A DNA stretch of 64,000 nt from Promethearchaeota archaeon (GTDB lineage Archaea; Asgardarchaeota; Lokiarchaeia; Sigyniarchaeales; SOKP01), in contig JAHPZI010000007.1 in the NCBI GenBank assembly GCA_019058295.1, positions 1 to 64,000 on the forward strand, written 5' to 3'. Position numbers and translations under genes: made by a program. Numbering within the stretch: the stretch's first letter is position 1; each line of letters opens with the position of its first letter. This document shows, piece by piece, positions 1-10,413 of the stretch. The notes beneath the pieces are model-generated. The model did not search any database and was not told the DNA's origin. It saw nothing but the letters and a program-made list of their open reading frames with translations.

Positions 1-1095
1 CCTGACATCCACGCCCACTTCTTTGAGGTGATGTCAAATCTCCAGAGGTCATTCAACCAACCAAGATCAGCTAATTCGGCAAAACCAAAACCTCCAAATA
101 AATAAAAATTTCCGTCTGTATCTGTCCAAGAAACAGAACCGTATCTGCCTCCTGGATAATTCGCTATATCAGGGACTCCCTTCATGCCATATACACCAGT
201 CGCATCTATGGTTTTATTCCCTGACATCCACGCCCACTTTTTTGAGGTGATGTTAAATCTCCAGAGGTCATTCAAACTCCCCCATCCACCTGATTCATCA
301 TAACCAGTTCCTCCGAATAACCATAAATTTCCGTTCATATCTATCCAAGAATCAGAACCGGCTCTCCCTCCTGGATAATTTGCCATATCAGGAATTCCCT
401 TCGTGCCATATATACCATTTTGATTTGTGGTTTTGTTCCCTGATATCCACGTCCACTCCATTGAGGTGATGTTAAATCTCCAGAGGTCATTCAACATCCC
501 ACCAACTGATTCGGCGTAACCTTGTCCTCCGAATAACCAAAAATTTCCGTCTGTATCCGTCCAAGAATCAGAATACTCTCTACCTCCCGGATAATTCGCC
601 ATATCAGAAACACCCTTCGTGCCATATACACCATATTCACCTTCGGTTTTATTCCCTGACATCCACGCCCACTCTTTTGAGGTGATGTTAAATCTCCAGA
701 GGTCATTTAATAACCCATTATTACCTAACTCGTCATAACCACCTCCTCCGAATAACCATAAATTTCCGTCCGTATCCGTCCAAGAAACAGAAACGTATCT
801 ACCTCCAGGATAATTCGCTATATCAGGTACACCCTTCGTTCCATATGTGCCATTTTGATTTAAGGTCTTATTCCCCGATACCCATGTCCACTCTTTTGTG
901 GTGATGGTAAATTTCCAGAGATCATTCAACCACCCAGAACCACCTGATTCGTTATGACCAAAACCTCCAAATAACCATAAATTTCCATCCGTATCCGTCC
1001 AAGAAACAAACCTATATCTAGCTCCTGGATGATTTGCTATATCAGGGACACCCTTCGTGCCATAAACACCATTTTCACCTATGGTATTATTCCCT
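1..1095 (-). repeat. Second kelch-like repeat block (>=5 units, runs off window)
   Basis: NDLW-encoding motif at about 42, 261, 480, 696 and 914. Confidence 0.9.
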
Positions 1096-4000
1096 GCCAT
1101 CCACACCCAACCATAGTTCGTTCCAAAAATATCTTTCCTTACAGTAACTTCTGCCATTCCAATGTTGCCTAACGAATCATTGGCAAAAATTCGAATAATA
1201 ACGGTTCCATTACCCATTTGGTTCCAAACGGTCTGATCTACTTCATCATTCCATGTATAATTACCCGTGTAGTGATTGCTGTCTGTCGCATTTATTAACA
1301 TATACCATCTTGCAAGAACACCACTCCCATCTTCAAATAATACATTACATTCTGTATTATCTGGAGCATCTGTTGAAAATAGTGCATTCGAAACAGGATT
1401 AATTATGGTGATTTGAGGACCAAAAATATCTTTTCTGATGGTAGTCGAATTCATCCTCAAATTGCCGAAGGTATCATTCGCATAGAATTCGATAATAACA
1501 GTCCCATTCGGACAGTTATTCCAAGCGTTTTGATTAATTTGTCCCGTCCTTTCTGAGCCTAAACCAGGAATCGTGTAATTTATTGACCACTCGGTACCAT
1601 TCCAGAGGCGATACCATGTATCATCTAAATTCCCATCAATAAAGGTTAAGTTGTAGAAAGGAGCCGTCGCATTAAATAAGTTATTATAACTTGGCTCAAT
1701 AATCATGATATACGGAGCAATAGAATCATTAAATATCCAGAGGTCATTTAAAAAGCTATCAAGACCTGATTCGGCAAAACCATACCCTCCGAATAGCCAT
1801 AAATTTCCGTCCGTATCCGTCCAAGAAACAGATTGTCCTCTAGATCCTGGATAATTCACCACATCGGGAGCTCCCTTCGCGCCATATACACCATATTGAT
1901 TTATGATATTATTCCCTGAGATCCACACCCACTCCTTTGAGGCGATGTTAAATCTCCAGAGGTCATTCAACCGCCCAAAACCACCTGATTCGGCATAACC
2001 ATCTCCTCCGAATAACCATAAATTTCCGTCCGTATCTGTCCAAGAAACAGACGTGTCTCTACTTCCCGGATAATTCATCATATCAGGAACACCCTTCGTG
2101 CCATATACGCCATTTTGATTAATGGTTTTATTCCCTGAGATCCACACCCACTCCTTTGAGGTGATGGTAAATCTCCAGAGGTCATTCAAATACCCAGGAC
2201 CAGCTGATTCGTTATAACCAAGACCTCCGAATAACCATAAATTTCCATCCATATCTATCCAAGAAACAGATTGCAATCTAGCTCCCGGATAATTCATCCT
2301 ATCAGAAACTCCCTTCGTGCCATATACACCATATTCATCTGCAGTTTTATTCCCTGAGATCCACGCCCACTCCTTTGTGGTGATGTTAAATCTCCAGAGG
2401 TCATTCAAAGCCCCAGAAGCACCTAATTCGTCATAACCAAGACCTCCGAATAACCAAAAATTTCCATCCGTATCCGTCCAAGAAACAGATTCCACTCTAG
2501 CTCCCGGATAATTCCCCCTATCAGGAACTCCCTTCGTGCCATATACGCCATATTCATTTGTGGTTTTATTCCCTGCCATCCAAGCCCACTCTTTTGAGGT
2601 GATGTTAAATCTCCAGAGGTCATTCAGCCACCCCCAAACACCTGATTCGGCGTAACCTTGTCCTCCGAATAACCATAGATTTCCGTCCGTATCCGTCCAA
2701 GAAACAGAACCCAATCTAGCTCCAGGATAATTTGCACTATCAGGAACTCCTTTCGTACCATATGTGCCATTTTGATTTATGGTATTATTCCCTGACATCC
2801 ACGCCCACTCCTTTGAGGTGATATTAAATCTCCAGAGGTCATTCAGCTGTCCCCAAACACCTGATTCGGCAAAACCATTTCCTCCAAATATCCAAAAATT
2901 TCCGTCCATATCCGTCCAAGAAACGGAAGCACATCTAGCTCCCGGATAATTCGCTATATCAATATAAGGAACACCTTTCGTACCATATACGCCATATTCA
3001 TTTGTAGTTTTATTACCTGCCATCCATGCCCACTCCCTTGAGGTGATGTCAAATCTCCAGAGGTCATTCAAAAAACCATAATCTGATTCGGTATAACCAG
3101 ATCCTCCGAATAACCATAGATTTCCGTCCGTATCCATCCAAGAAACAGAGTGATGTCTGCCTCCCGGATAATTTGCTATATCAGAAACTCCCTTTGTGCC
3201 ATATACACCATATTGATCATAGGTTTTATCCCCTGACATCCACGCCCACTCCTTTGAGGTGATGTTAAATCTCCAGAGATCATTCAAAGACCCACCAATT
3301 GGCCCTAATTCACCTAAACCATACCCTCCGAATAACCATAAATCTCCGTTTAAATCCGTCCAAGAAACAGAAATCCATCTAGCTCCCGGATAATTCGCCC
3401 TATCAGGAACTCCTTTCGTGCCATATACACCATATTGATTTGTGGTTTTATTCCCTGCCATCCACACCCACTTCTTTGAGGTGATGTTAAATCTCCAGAG
3501 GTCATTCAATATCCCCCAACCACCTGATTCGGCAAAACCAGATCCTCCGAATAACCATAAATTTCCGTCTGTATCCATCCAAGAAACAGATTGATATCTA
3601 CCTCCCGGATAATTCGCCGTATCAGGAACTCCTTTCGTGCCATATACACCATATTCATCTGTGGTTTTATTCCCTGATATCCACGCCCACTCCTTTGAGG
3701 TGATGTTAAATCTCCAGAGGTCATTCAACATTCCAGGAGCACCTGATTCGGCAAAACCAAGACCTCCCAATAACCATAAATTTCCATCCATATCCGTCCA
3801 AGAAACAGAAATATTTCTAGCGCCTGGATAATTGGCCTTATCAGGAATTCCTTTCGTGCCATATACGCCATTTTCGTATAAGCTTTTATTCCCTGCCATC
3901 CATGTCCACTCCTTTGATGTAATGTTAAATCTCCAGAGGTCATTCAGCTGCCCCCAACCACCTGATTCGGCATAACCAGCTCCTCCGAACAACCATAAAT

Positions 4001-6509
4001 TTCCGTCTGTATCCGTCCAAGAAACAGAAAAGAATCTAGCTCCCGGATAATTCCCCATATTAGGAATTCCCTTAATGCCATATACACCATATTCACCTGT
4101 GGTGTTATTCCCTGCCATCCACGTCCACCCATTTGAGGTGATATCAAATCTCCAGAGGTCATTCAGCTGCCCCCAACCACCTGATTCGGCATAACCATAA
4201 CCTCCGAATAACCAAAAATTTCCTTTTGTATCCGTCCAAGAAACAGGATAATATCTAGCTCCCGGATAATTCCCCATATTAGGAATTCCCTGAATGCCAT
4301 ATACGCCATATTCATCTATTGTTTTATTCCCTGCCATCCACGCCCAACCATAGCTCGCTCCTAAAATACCTTTCCTTACAATAGCATCTACCTTCCTAAT
4401 ATATCCTCTCGAATCATTTACAAAGAAATGAATTAGGACATCTCCATCTCCAAAAGCATCCCATCCTGTCTGATTAATGGTATCGCTAAAGAAAATGCCT
4501 GTAAAGTTATATTTTTTTGGATTGCTCCCTAAAGTATACCACTGAGTATCGGGAATACCTTCCGATACACTACCTGAAAAGGATGGAGCAATTTTAACAT
4601 AGCGTGTATAATTCAAGGGTAAAGTTACCTTAATGACAGGAGGATCCCAAAAAATGGGCTTTTCGTCATAATCAGAACCTCCTGGTATTAAATAAGGTGA
4701 ATCGCCAAACCCATCATCATTAGCATCTTTTCCAGAATAGTCGTCCCAATAGTTTCCCGTCTGAGAATTGTTCCAGTAATTTGTAGCATAATACTCTTTG
4801 GCATTACTCAAGAGATTATTTCTGAAAGTATTATTATAAATGTAAGAATCATTCCCATCTATATATAGACCATATCTACCATTATTAGCAATAGTGTTAT
4901 TAAAAATTATATACTGCGATCCTAACCTTATTCCATTATCTTTATTATTAGAGATGTTACAATTTTTGACAATTCCGTCATACCCTGATGAGTACAATCC
5001 ATCATCGTAATTATTTACAATTTTACAGTTAGTTATAGTTATATTATTACCAGATATAACAATTCCATCTTTGCAATACATGATGGGGCAATTCTTAATA
5101 GTAATGTTAGAACAAGAATACCCTATTCTAATACCAGAATGATTATTGTAAGAAAGTGAATTGTTAAAAATAGTAATATTATTACACCAATCTAAATATA
5201 TACCACATGACCCATTTGAAAGATCAAAGTTAGATATTACTGAATGATTACAATTTATTAGAATAATTTGACCAGGACTTCCATATTTAGTAAAATTATT
5301 GGTATTTAGATAATTCTTGTCTCTATAATAATAGAGTGGCTTTCCATTAATAGTATTTGATCTGTCAATAGCATTTTCCCATCCGGCGTATTCGCTATAC
5401 ACAACTCCACACTCAACCATAATATTTTCTCTTATAGTACAATTACGGCAAGCAGCTATTTCTATTCCAATCCCTTGTCCAGTCATAGTGTTTTTCGAAA
5501 TATTACAATCTTCAGAATCAAATAAATAGACATTATGTTCATTTTTTTCGAACTGACAATTACTAATTGAAATATTCGCCCCAGCATATATTCTTATAGC
5601 ATAATTTTCGAGTGCATGATAATTATTATATGAAAAATTTGAATTAAATAGTGTAATGTTTATGCAATCCTGTAAATATATTCCCATACTAGTGTGGGAA
5701 ATATCAATATCTGAAATTACAGAATCTTTACAATTTATCAACAGTATTTGCCCTGGATTTGAGAAGTTTGCATTATTTAAATTAGAAGTATCTGCATAAT
5801 AGTATACACTGTTATTGTTGACTTTATTTGAAATATCAATACTTGTAGTGATAGCTTCATCTAACCCTATACCAATAATACGTATACCGCAATTTGTCAT
5901 ATTATTATCGATAAGGATATTATTATAACAAGGACCCATAAACCCTCCCCAGAAAGTAATTCCATCACTACAATCATAAATTTCATTATTAGTAATATTA
6001 TTATTATTGGAATTAACTAAAAATATACCTGCTTGATTGTCATATAAATGAGAGTTTATTATTTCACCATTTTGAGAATTGGCTAAGATAATACTTCCCC
6101 ATATTATAGGAGAAAAGGGTCCAGAGAGAACTCTCTCTGCCGTAGTGTTAAAAACTGTACAATTACGAATTTCAAAATAATCATTATTATCTTCAATTAA
6201 AATCCCATATATTCCCCCTTTGCCGTTTATTGTCATGTTTTCAATTACATAGGGATCCCCTGCCGATCCTGATCCTGAGACCCAGCCCAAATTTTTTGCT
6301 ATGGTCCAGTTGTTTTTAATATGGATACGGGTAAAATTATGCCATGATTTAGAGATTCTTGGGTGCTCTGGAATCTCATCTTTAATGATAGTTCCTTTAT
6401 CTGATGATTTATAAGTAAAATTATCATTCTGTTGGGAGATATTGGATCCAATACTCAAAATTACTAAGAATATCAGAAGCCCCCATAAATATACGATTTT
6501 TTTATTCAT
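1..6509 (-). CDS. Giant secreted/surface protein (>2169 aa, 3' end outside window): signal peptide, right-handed parallel beta-helix (NosD-like), Ig-like domain, 12 kelch-like repeats, 2 Ig-like domains, >=5 more kelch-like repeats
   Basis: Absent from the ORF track because the frame has no stop inside the window. ATG at 6509 gives MNKKIVYLWGLLIFLVILSIG. The same frame reads WLNDLWRFDITSKKWAWMSG at nt 59-1. The beta-helix region includes GSGSAGDPYVIEN and GNYWDDYSG. It is a paralog of 6698..10156. Confidence 0.9.
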   Translation of the reverse strand, partial: MNKKIVYLWGLLIFLVILSIGSNISQQNDNFTYKSSDKGTIIKDEIPEHPRISKSWHNFTRIHIKNNWTIAKNLGWVSGSGSAGDPYVIENMTINGKGGIYGILIEDNNDYFEIRNCTVFNTTAERVLSGPFSPIIWGSIILANSQNGEIINSHLYDNQAGIFLVNSNNNNITNNEIYDCSDGITFWGGFMGPCYNNILIDNNMTNCGIRIIGIGLDEAITTSIDISNKVNNNSVYYYADTSNLNNANFSNPGQILLINCKDSVISDIDISHTSMGIYLQDCINITLFNSNFSYNNYHALENYAIRIYAGANISISNCQFEKNEHNVYLFDSEDCNISKNTMTGQGIGIEIAACRNCTIRENIMVECGVVYSEYAGWENAIDRSNTINGKPLYYYRDKNYLNTNNFTKYGSPGQIILINCNHSVISNFDLSNGSCGIYLDWCNNITIFNNSLSYNNHSGIRIGYSCSNITIKNCPIMYCKDGIVISGNNITITNCKIVNNYDDGLYSSGYDGIVKNCNISNNKDNGIRLGSQYIIFNNTIANNGRYGLYIDGNDSYIYNNTFRNNLLSNAKEYYATNYWNNSQTGNYWDDYSGKDANDDGFGDSPYLIPGGSDYDEKPIFWDPPVIKVTLPLNYTRYVKIAPSFSGSVSEGIPDTQWYTLGSNPKKYNFTGIFFSDTINQTGWDAFGDGDVLIHFFVNDSRGYIRKVDAIVRKGILGASYGWAWMAGNKTIDEYGVYGIQGIPNMGNYPGARYYPVSWTDTKGNFWLFGGYGYAESGGWGQLNDLWRFDITSNGWTWMAGNNTTGEYGVYGIKGIPNMGNYPGARFFSVSWTDTDGNLWLFGGAGYAESGGWGQLNDLWRFNITSKEWTWMAGNKSLYENGVYGTKGIPDKANYPGARNISVSWTDMDGNLWLLGGLGFAESGAPGMLNDLWRFNITSKEWAWISGNKTTDEYGVYGTKGVPDTANYPGGRYQSVSWMDTDGNLWLFGGSGFAESGGWGILNDLWRFNITSKKWVWMAGNKTTNQYGVYGTKGVPDRANYPGARWISVSWTDLNGDLWLFGGYGLGELGPIGGSLNDLWRFNITSKEWAWMSGDKTYDQYGVYGTKGVSDIANYPGGRHHSVSWMDTDGNLWLFGGSGYTESDYGFLNDLWRFDITSREWAWMAGNKTTNEYGVYGTKGVPYIDIANYPGARCASVSWTDMDGNFWIFGGNGFAESGVWGQLNDLWRFNITSKEWAWMSGNNTINQNGTYGTKGVPDSANYPGARLGSVSWTDTDGNLWLFGGQGYAESGVWGWLNDLWRFNITSKEWAWMAGNKTTNEYGVYGTKGVPDRGNYPGARVESVSWTDTDGNFWLFGGLGYDELGASGALNDLWRFNITTKEWAWISGNKTADEYGVYGTKGVSDRMNYPGARLQSVSWIDMDGNLWLFGGLGYNESAGPGYLNDLWRFTITSKEWVWISGNKTINQNGVYGTKGVPDMMNYPGSRDTSVSWTDTDGNLWLFGGDGYAESGGFGRLNDLWRFNIASKEWVWISGNNIINQYGVYGAKGAPDVVNYPGSRGQSVSWTDTDGNLWLFGGYGFAESGLDSFLNDLWIFNDSIAPYIMIIEPSYNNLFNATAPFYNLTFIDGNLDDTWYRLWNGTEWSINYTIPGLGSERTGQINQNAWNNCPNGTVIIEFYANDTFGNLRMNSTTIRKDIFGPQITIINPVSNALFSTDAPDNTECNVLFEDGSGVLARWYMLINATDSNHYTGNYTWNDEVDQTVWNQMGNGTVIIRIFANDSLGNIGMAEVTVRKDIFGTNYGWVWMAGNNTIGENGVYGTKGVPDIANHPGARYRFVSWTDTDGNLWLFGGFGHNESGGSGWLNDLWKFTITTKEWTWVSGNKTLNQNGTYGTKGVPDIANYPGGRYVSVSWTDTDGNLWLFGGGGYDELGNNGLLNDLWRFNITSKEWAWMSGNKTEGEYGVYGTKGVSDMANYPGGREYSDSWTDTDGNFWLFGGQGYAESVGGMLNDLWRFNITSMEWTWISGNKTTNQNGIYGTKGIPDMANYPGGRAGSDSWIDMNGNLWLFGGTGYDESGGWGSLNDLWRFNITSKKWAWMSGNKTIDATGVYGMKGVPDIANYPGGRYGSVSWTDTDGNFYLFGGFGFAELADLGWLNDLWRFDITSKKWAWMS
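1737..4350 (-). repeat. Intragenic tandem array of 12 ~219-nt (73-aa) kelch-like repeats
   Basis: The motif CCAGAG(G/A)TCATT (NDLW) recurs at about 1737, 1956, 2175, 2394, 2613, 2832, 3057, 3273, 3495, 3714, 3933 and 4152. Confidence 0.95.
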
Positions 6510-6615
6510 TGCGATGGTTCAATTTTAAAGTATTTAACTAAAAAATCAACATAATGAAAATGATTTTTTGTCGATATTTTCTATTATTGAATTTTCTGTA
6601 TAAAAATATAACGGT
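6510..6615 (-). promoter_or_regulatory. Duplicated upstream/promoter region of kelch gene 1
   Basis: Near-identical to 10157-10262 (ATGGTTCAATTTTAAAGTATTTAA...TAATGAAAATGA...TGTATAAAAAT). Contains a TATA-like TTTTTATA on the minus strand. Confidence 0.7.
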
Positions 6616-6697
6616 TTTTGTTTTACAAAAAAATCAAATTTAAGTTTTTCTAAGGTTATAACAAATTCCTCTGAGGAAATTTAATAAAAAGGAGAAC

Positions 6698-9600
6698 CTA
6701 AGATTTCTTTTTCTTTCTGTAATATAATACTCCACCTAGGATTCCAACCACGATAAATAATAGATAAAAATTACCGAATGATATTGCTTGTTCGTCATCA
6801 TCATCGTCATCTCCAGCTGGCGGGGGTATAACTCCATCAGAGGGCGCTTGAGATTTAATCATAGTCACGTTAGCGAATCCAATATTTCCTGCTGTATCAT
6901 TACAGTAAAAGATAATCCAAATAATTTCTCCATAATCAATGGAATTCCACATTGCATCCCAATCTGTTTCATTTATCTTAGTATTTGAAATAAATGTACG
7001 ATTTTCGGTATAATCAGTTCCGTTGAACAATCTGTACCACATTGTATCGTTATTTGTTTCAACAACAATTATTGTAAATTCTGGAGGTGAATTATATACG
7101 GATTGATCCTCGATCGGCTCAATTATCGTTATATTAGGAGCTATGATATCTTTTCTCACCAAAACGTCATCAAACGCCATCAGTCCGTTTGTTCTGTTCA
7201 AGAAGAATCGAATAACAACCGTCCCATTTTCAAATTGATTCCATAAATTGTATTGAAGCGTATCTTCATATATGCCAGCAATAACTGAATCAGAATATGT
7301 TACATTGTTGGTATAATCATTACTGTTTGTTCCGTTTATTAACATATACCAAATAGTATCTAAGTTTCTGCCTGATACTGAAATTGTGAAATTCATTGTA
7401 TTAATCCCGTAAATATCATTTAAAATAGGATCATTAATATCGATATTTGGTAATTCAATATCTTTCCTTAAAGTAACTTCTGCTATTCCAATATTGCCTA
7501 ACGAATCATTCGCAAAAATTCGGATGATGACGGTACCATTATCCATATAGTTCCAGACAAATTGATCCACCTTGCCATTCCAGGTATAATTGTTAGTATA
7601 GTCCGTGGTATCCGTTCCATTTATGAGCATATACCATCGAGCATCAATACCACTCACATCACTAAATAGAACATTACAATCTGCCAAGCCTGGTGCGGTT
7701 GAGGAAAATAATTCATTCGGAGTGGGAGCATTAATAGTTATTATCGGACCTAAAATATCTTTTCTCACCAAAACATCATCAAACGACATTACACCATCTG
7801 TTCGGTTCAAGAAGAATCGAATAATGACCGTCCCATTTTCAAATTGATTCCAGAGGTTATAATTAATTAGAGCTTCATATATACCCGCAATAACTGAATC
7901 AGAATATGTTAAATTGTTGGTATAATCATTACTGTTTGTTCCGTTTATTAGCATATACCAAATGGTATCTAAGTCTTTTCCCGATACTGAAATTGTGAAA
8001 TTCATGGTATTATTCCCGAAAATATCATTTAAAGTAGGTTTAGTAATAACGATATTTGGTAATTCAATATTTTTTCTTACAGTGATTTCTGCCATTCCAA
8101 TGAAACCTGATGAATCATTCGCAAAAATACGGATGATGACAGTTCCATTTTCCATATAGTCCCAGACGAATTGATCTACCTCGTCATTCCAGGTGTAATT
8201 ATTAGTATAGTCCGTGTTATCCGTTCCATTTATGAGCATATACCATCGAGCATCAATGCCGCTCACATCACTAAAAGTTACATTGCAATCCACCAAACCT
8301 GGTGCGGTTGAGAAAAATAGATCATTTAATTGAGGATTATTTATGGTTATTGTAGGACCTAAAATATCCTTCCTAATAGTGGTAGAATTCATTCTCAAAT
8401 TGTCGGAGGTATCATTCGCATAGAATTCAATAATGACAGAACCATTCGGACAGTCATTCCATGCATCTTGATTAATTTGTCCTGTTCTTTCTGAGCCTAT
8501 TCCAGGAATTGTATAATTTATTGACCACTCAGTACCATTCCAGAGGCGATACCATGTATCATCCAAATGAGCATCAATAAAGGTTAAGTTGTATGAAGGA
8601 GCCGTCGCATTAAATAATTTATTATACTTAGGCTCAATAATCGTGATTTTTGGAGCAATAGAATCTTTAACACTCCCAAACATCCAGAGGTCATTCAGCC
8701 GCCCAGAACCACCTGATTCAGAATAACCAGCTCCTCCGAATAACCAAAAATTTCCATCAGTATCCGTCCAAGAAACCGAATAACATCTAGCTCCTGGGTA
8801 ATTTGCTGTATCAGGAACTCCCTTCGTGCCATATATACCATATTCATCTGTGGTTTTATTCCCTGAGATCCACGCCCACTCATTTGAGGTGATGTTAAAT
8901 CTCCATAGATCATTCAAATAGCCATCATCACCTGATTCGGCATAACCCCAACCTCCGAATAACCAAAAATTTCCATACGTATCCGTCCAAGAAACAGAAC
9001 TCCATCTAGCTCCCGGATAATTCGCTATATCAGGAATTCCTTTTGTGCCATATTTGCCATATTCATTTAGAGTTTTATTCCCTGAGATCCACGTCCACTC
9101 ATTTGAGGCGATGTTAAATCTCCAGAGGTCATTCAGATACCCCCAAGTACCTGATCCGGGATAACCATAACCTCCGAATAACCATAAACTTCCGTCCGTA
9201 TCCGTCCAAGAAACAGAACCTAATCTAGATCCCGGACAATTCAGAATAAAAGGCACTCCCTTCGTAAAATAAAAACCATTTTGATTTGTGGTTTTAGCCC
9301 CTGAGATCCACGCCCACTCCTTTGAGGCGATGTTAAATCTCCAGAGGTCATTCAGCCGCCCGACACCAACTGATTCGGCATAACCGTTACCTCCGAATAA
9401 CCATAAATTTCCGTTTGTATCTGTCCAAGAAGCAGAACATTCCCTCGCTCCCGGATAATTTGCTATATCAGGAACTCCCTTTGTGCCATATACACCATAT
9501 TCATCTGCGGTTTCATTCCCTGAGATCCACGCCCACTCCTTTGAGGTGATGTTAAATCTCCAGAGGTCATTCAGCAGCCCAAAATCTAATTCGGTATAAC

Positions 9601-10156
9601 CCCAACCTCCGAATAACCATAAATTTCCATCCATATCCGTCCAGGAAACAGATTCTAATCTACCTCCTGGACGATTTGCTATATCCGGAACTCCCTTCGT
9701 ACCATATACGCCATCATTATCTATGGTTTTAGCCCCTGAAATCCACGCCCATTCCTTTGAGGTGATGTTAAATCTCCAGAGGTCATTCAACCACCCAATA
9801 GCACCTAATTCGTCATAACCATAACCTCCGAATAACCAAAAATTTCCGTCCGTATCCGTCCAAGAAACAGAATCATGTCTAGCCCCCGGACAATTCGCTA
9901 TATCCGGAACTCCCTTCGTTCCATATACGCCATATTCATCTGTGGTTTTATCCCCTGACACCCACATCCAACCATAGGTCTCTCCCGCTGCTTTTTTTGG
10001 AGGCTCTAATTCGAAATAATTCTTATCTTCTTCAATTATGTCATTCTTTATTGCTGGACCCACTGAATTTCCCGAATTAGAATACTCATTAGTTATTATA
10101 CTGACTCCTATTAAAAATAGCAAAAGCCCCCATAATAATAGGATTTTTTTATTCAT
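6698..10156 (-). CDS. Membrane-anchored surface protein: 6 kelch-like repeats, Ig-like repeats, poly-Asp linker, C-terminal TM sorting signal
   Basis: N-terminal signal peptide. Six PGAR..SVSWTD.DGN.WLFGG.G...LNDLW units. Duplicated Ig-like pair (DILGP.ITIN.P...). Many N-x-S/T sequons. Ends GDDDDDEQAISFGNFYLLF-TM-RKKKKS. Confidence 0.93.
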   Translation of the reverse strand: MNKKILLLWGLLLFLIGVSIITNEYSNSGNSVGPAIKNDIIEEDKNYFELEPPKKAAGETYGWMWVSGDKTTDEYGVYGTKGVPDIANCPGARHDSVSWTDTDGNFWLFGGYGYDELGAIGWLNDLWRFNITSKEWAWISGAKTIDNDGVYGTKGVPDIANRPGGRLESVSWTDMDGNLWLFGGWGYTELDFGLLNDLWRFNITSKEWAWISGNETADEYGVYGTKGVPDIANYPGARECSASWTDTNGNLWLFGGNGYAESVGVGRLNDLWRFNIASKEWAWISGAKTTNQNGFYFTKGVPFILNCPGSRLGSVSWTDTDGSLWLFGGYGYPGSGTWGYLNDLWRFNIASNEWTWISGNKTLNEYGKYGTKGIPDIANYPGARWSSVSWTDTYGNFWLFGGWGYAESGDDGYLNDLWRFNITSNEWAWISGNKTTDEYGIYGTKGVPDTANYPGARCYSVSWTDTDGNFWLFGGAGYSESGGSGRLNDLWMFGSVKDSIAPKITIIEPKYNKLFNATAPSYNLTFIDAHLDDTWYRLWNGTEWSINYTIPGIGSERTGQINQDAWNDCPNGSVIIEFYANDTSDNLRMNSTTIRKDILGPTITINNPQLNDLFFSTAPGLVDCNVTFSDVSGIDARWYMLINGTDNTDYTNNYTWNDEVDQFVWDYMENGTVIIRIFANDSSGFIGMAEITVRKNIELPNIVITKPTLNDIFGNNTMNFTISVSGKDLDTIWYMLINGTNSNDYTNNLTYSDSVIAGIYEALINYNLWNQFENGTVIIRFFLNRTDGVMSFDDVLVRKDILGPIITINAPTPNELFSSTAPGLADCNVLFSDVSGIDARWYMLINGTDTTDYTNNYTWNGKVDQFVWNYMDNGTVIIRIFANDSLGNIGIAEVTLRKDIELPNIDINDPILNDIYGINTMNFTISVSGRNLDTIWYMLINGTNSNDYTNNVTYSDSVIAGIYEDTLQYNLWNQFENGTVVIRFFLNRTNGLMAFDDVLVRKDIIAPNITIIEPIEDQSVYNSPPEFTIIVVETNNDTMWYRLFNGTDYTENRTFISNTKINETDWDAMWNSIDYGEIIWIIFYCNDTAGNIGFANVTMIKSQAPSDGVIPPPAGDDDDDDEQAISFGNFYLLFIVVGILGGVLYYRKKKKS

Positions 10157-10262
10157 CGCTATGGTTCAATTTTAAAGTATTTAAATAAAATATCAAAATA
10201 ATGAAAATGATCTTTTGTCTATATTATCTATCATTGATTTTTATGTATAAAAATTTGACGTT
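10157..10262 (-). promoter_or_regulatory. Duplicated upstream/promoter region of kelch gene 2
   Basis: Near-identical to 6510-6615. Confidence 0.7.
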
Positions 10263-10413
10263 TTATAAATTTTAAATAATATTAGAATTCTTGAATTTTA
10301 CCTTATCTATTTATTATATTCGTTTACTATACAGATCAATAAGGTTTTAAAGAAATCAGTTAATAGTTTAATTACAATTAAAAATATCTTTAATCAAACA
10401 AAAAAAAAATATT

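Noticed and set aside
1-4350. CRISPR array or DGR as explanation of the repeats
   Set aside because: The repeats are in-frame coding units with no unique spacers. No reverse transcriptase or cas gene is in the window, and no invariant template copy is evident.
491-8913. Repeated short ORFs MTSGDLTSPQ... (491, 2423, 3506, 3725, 3944, 8695) and 3637
   Set aside because: Alternative-frame or antisense shadows of the 219-nt kelch repeats inside the long genes.
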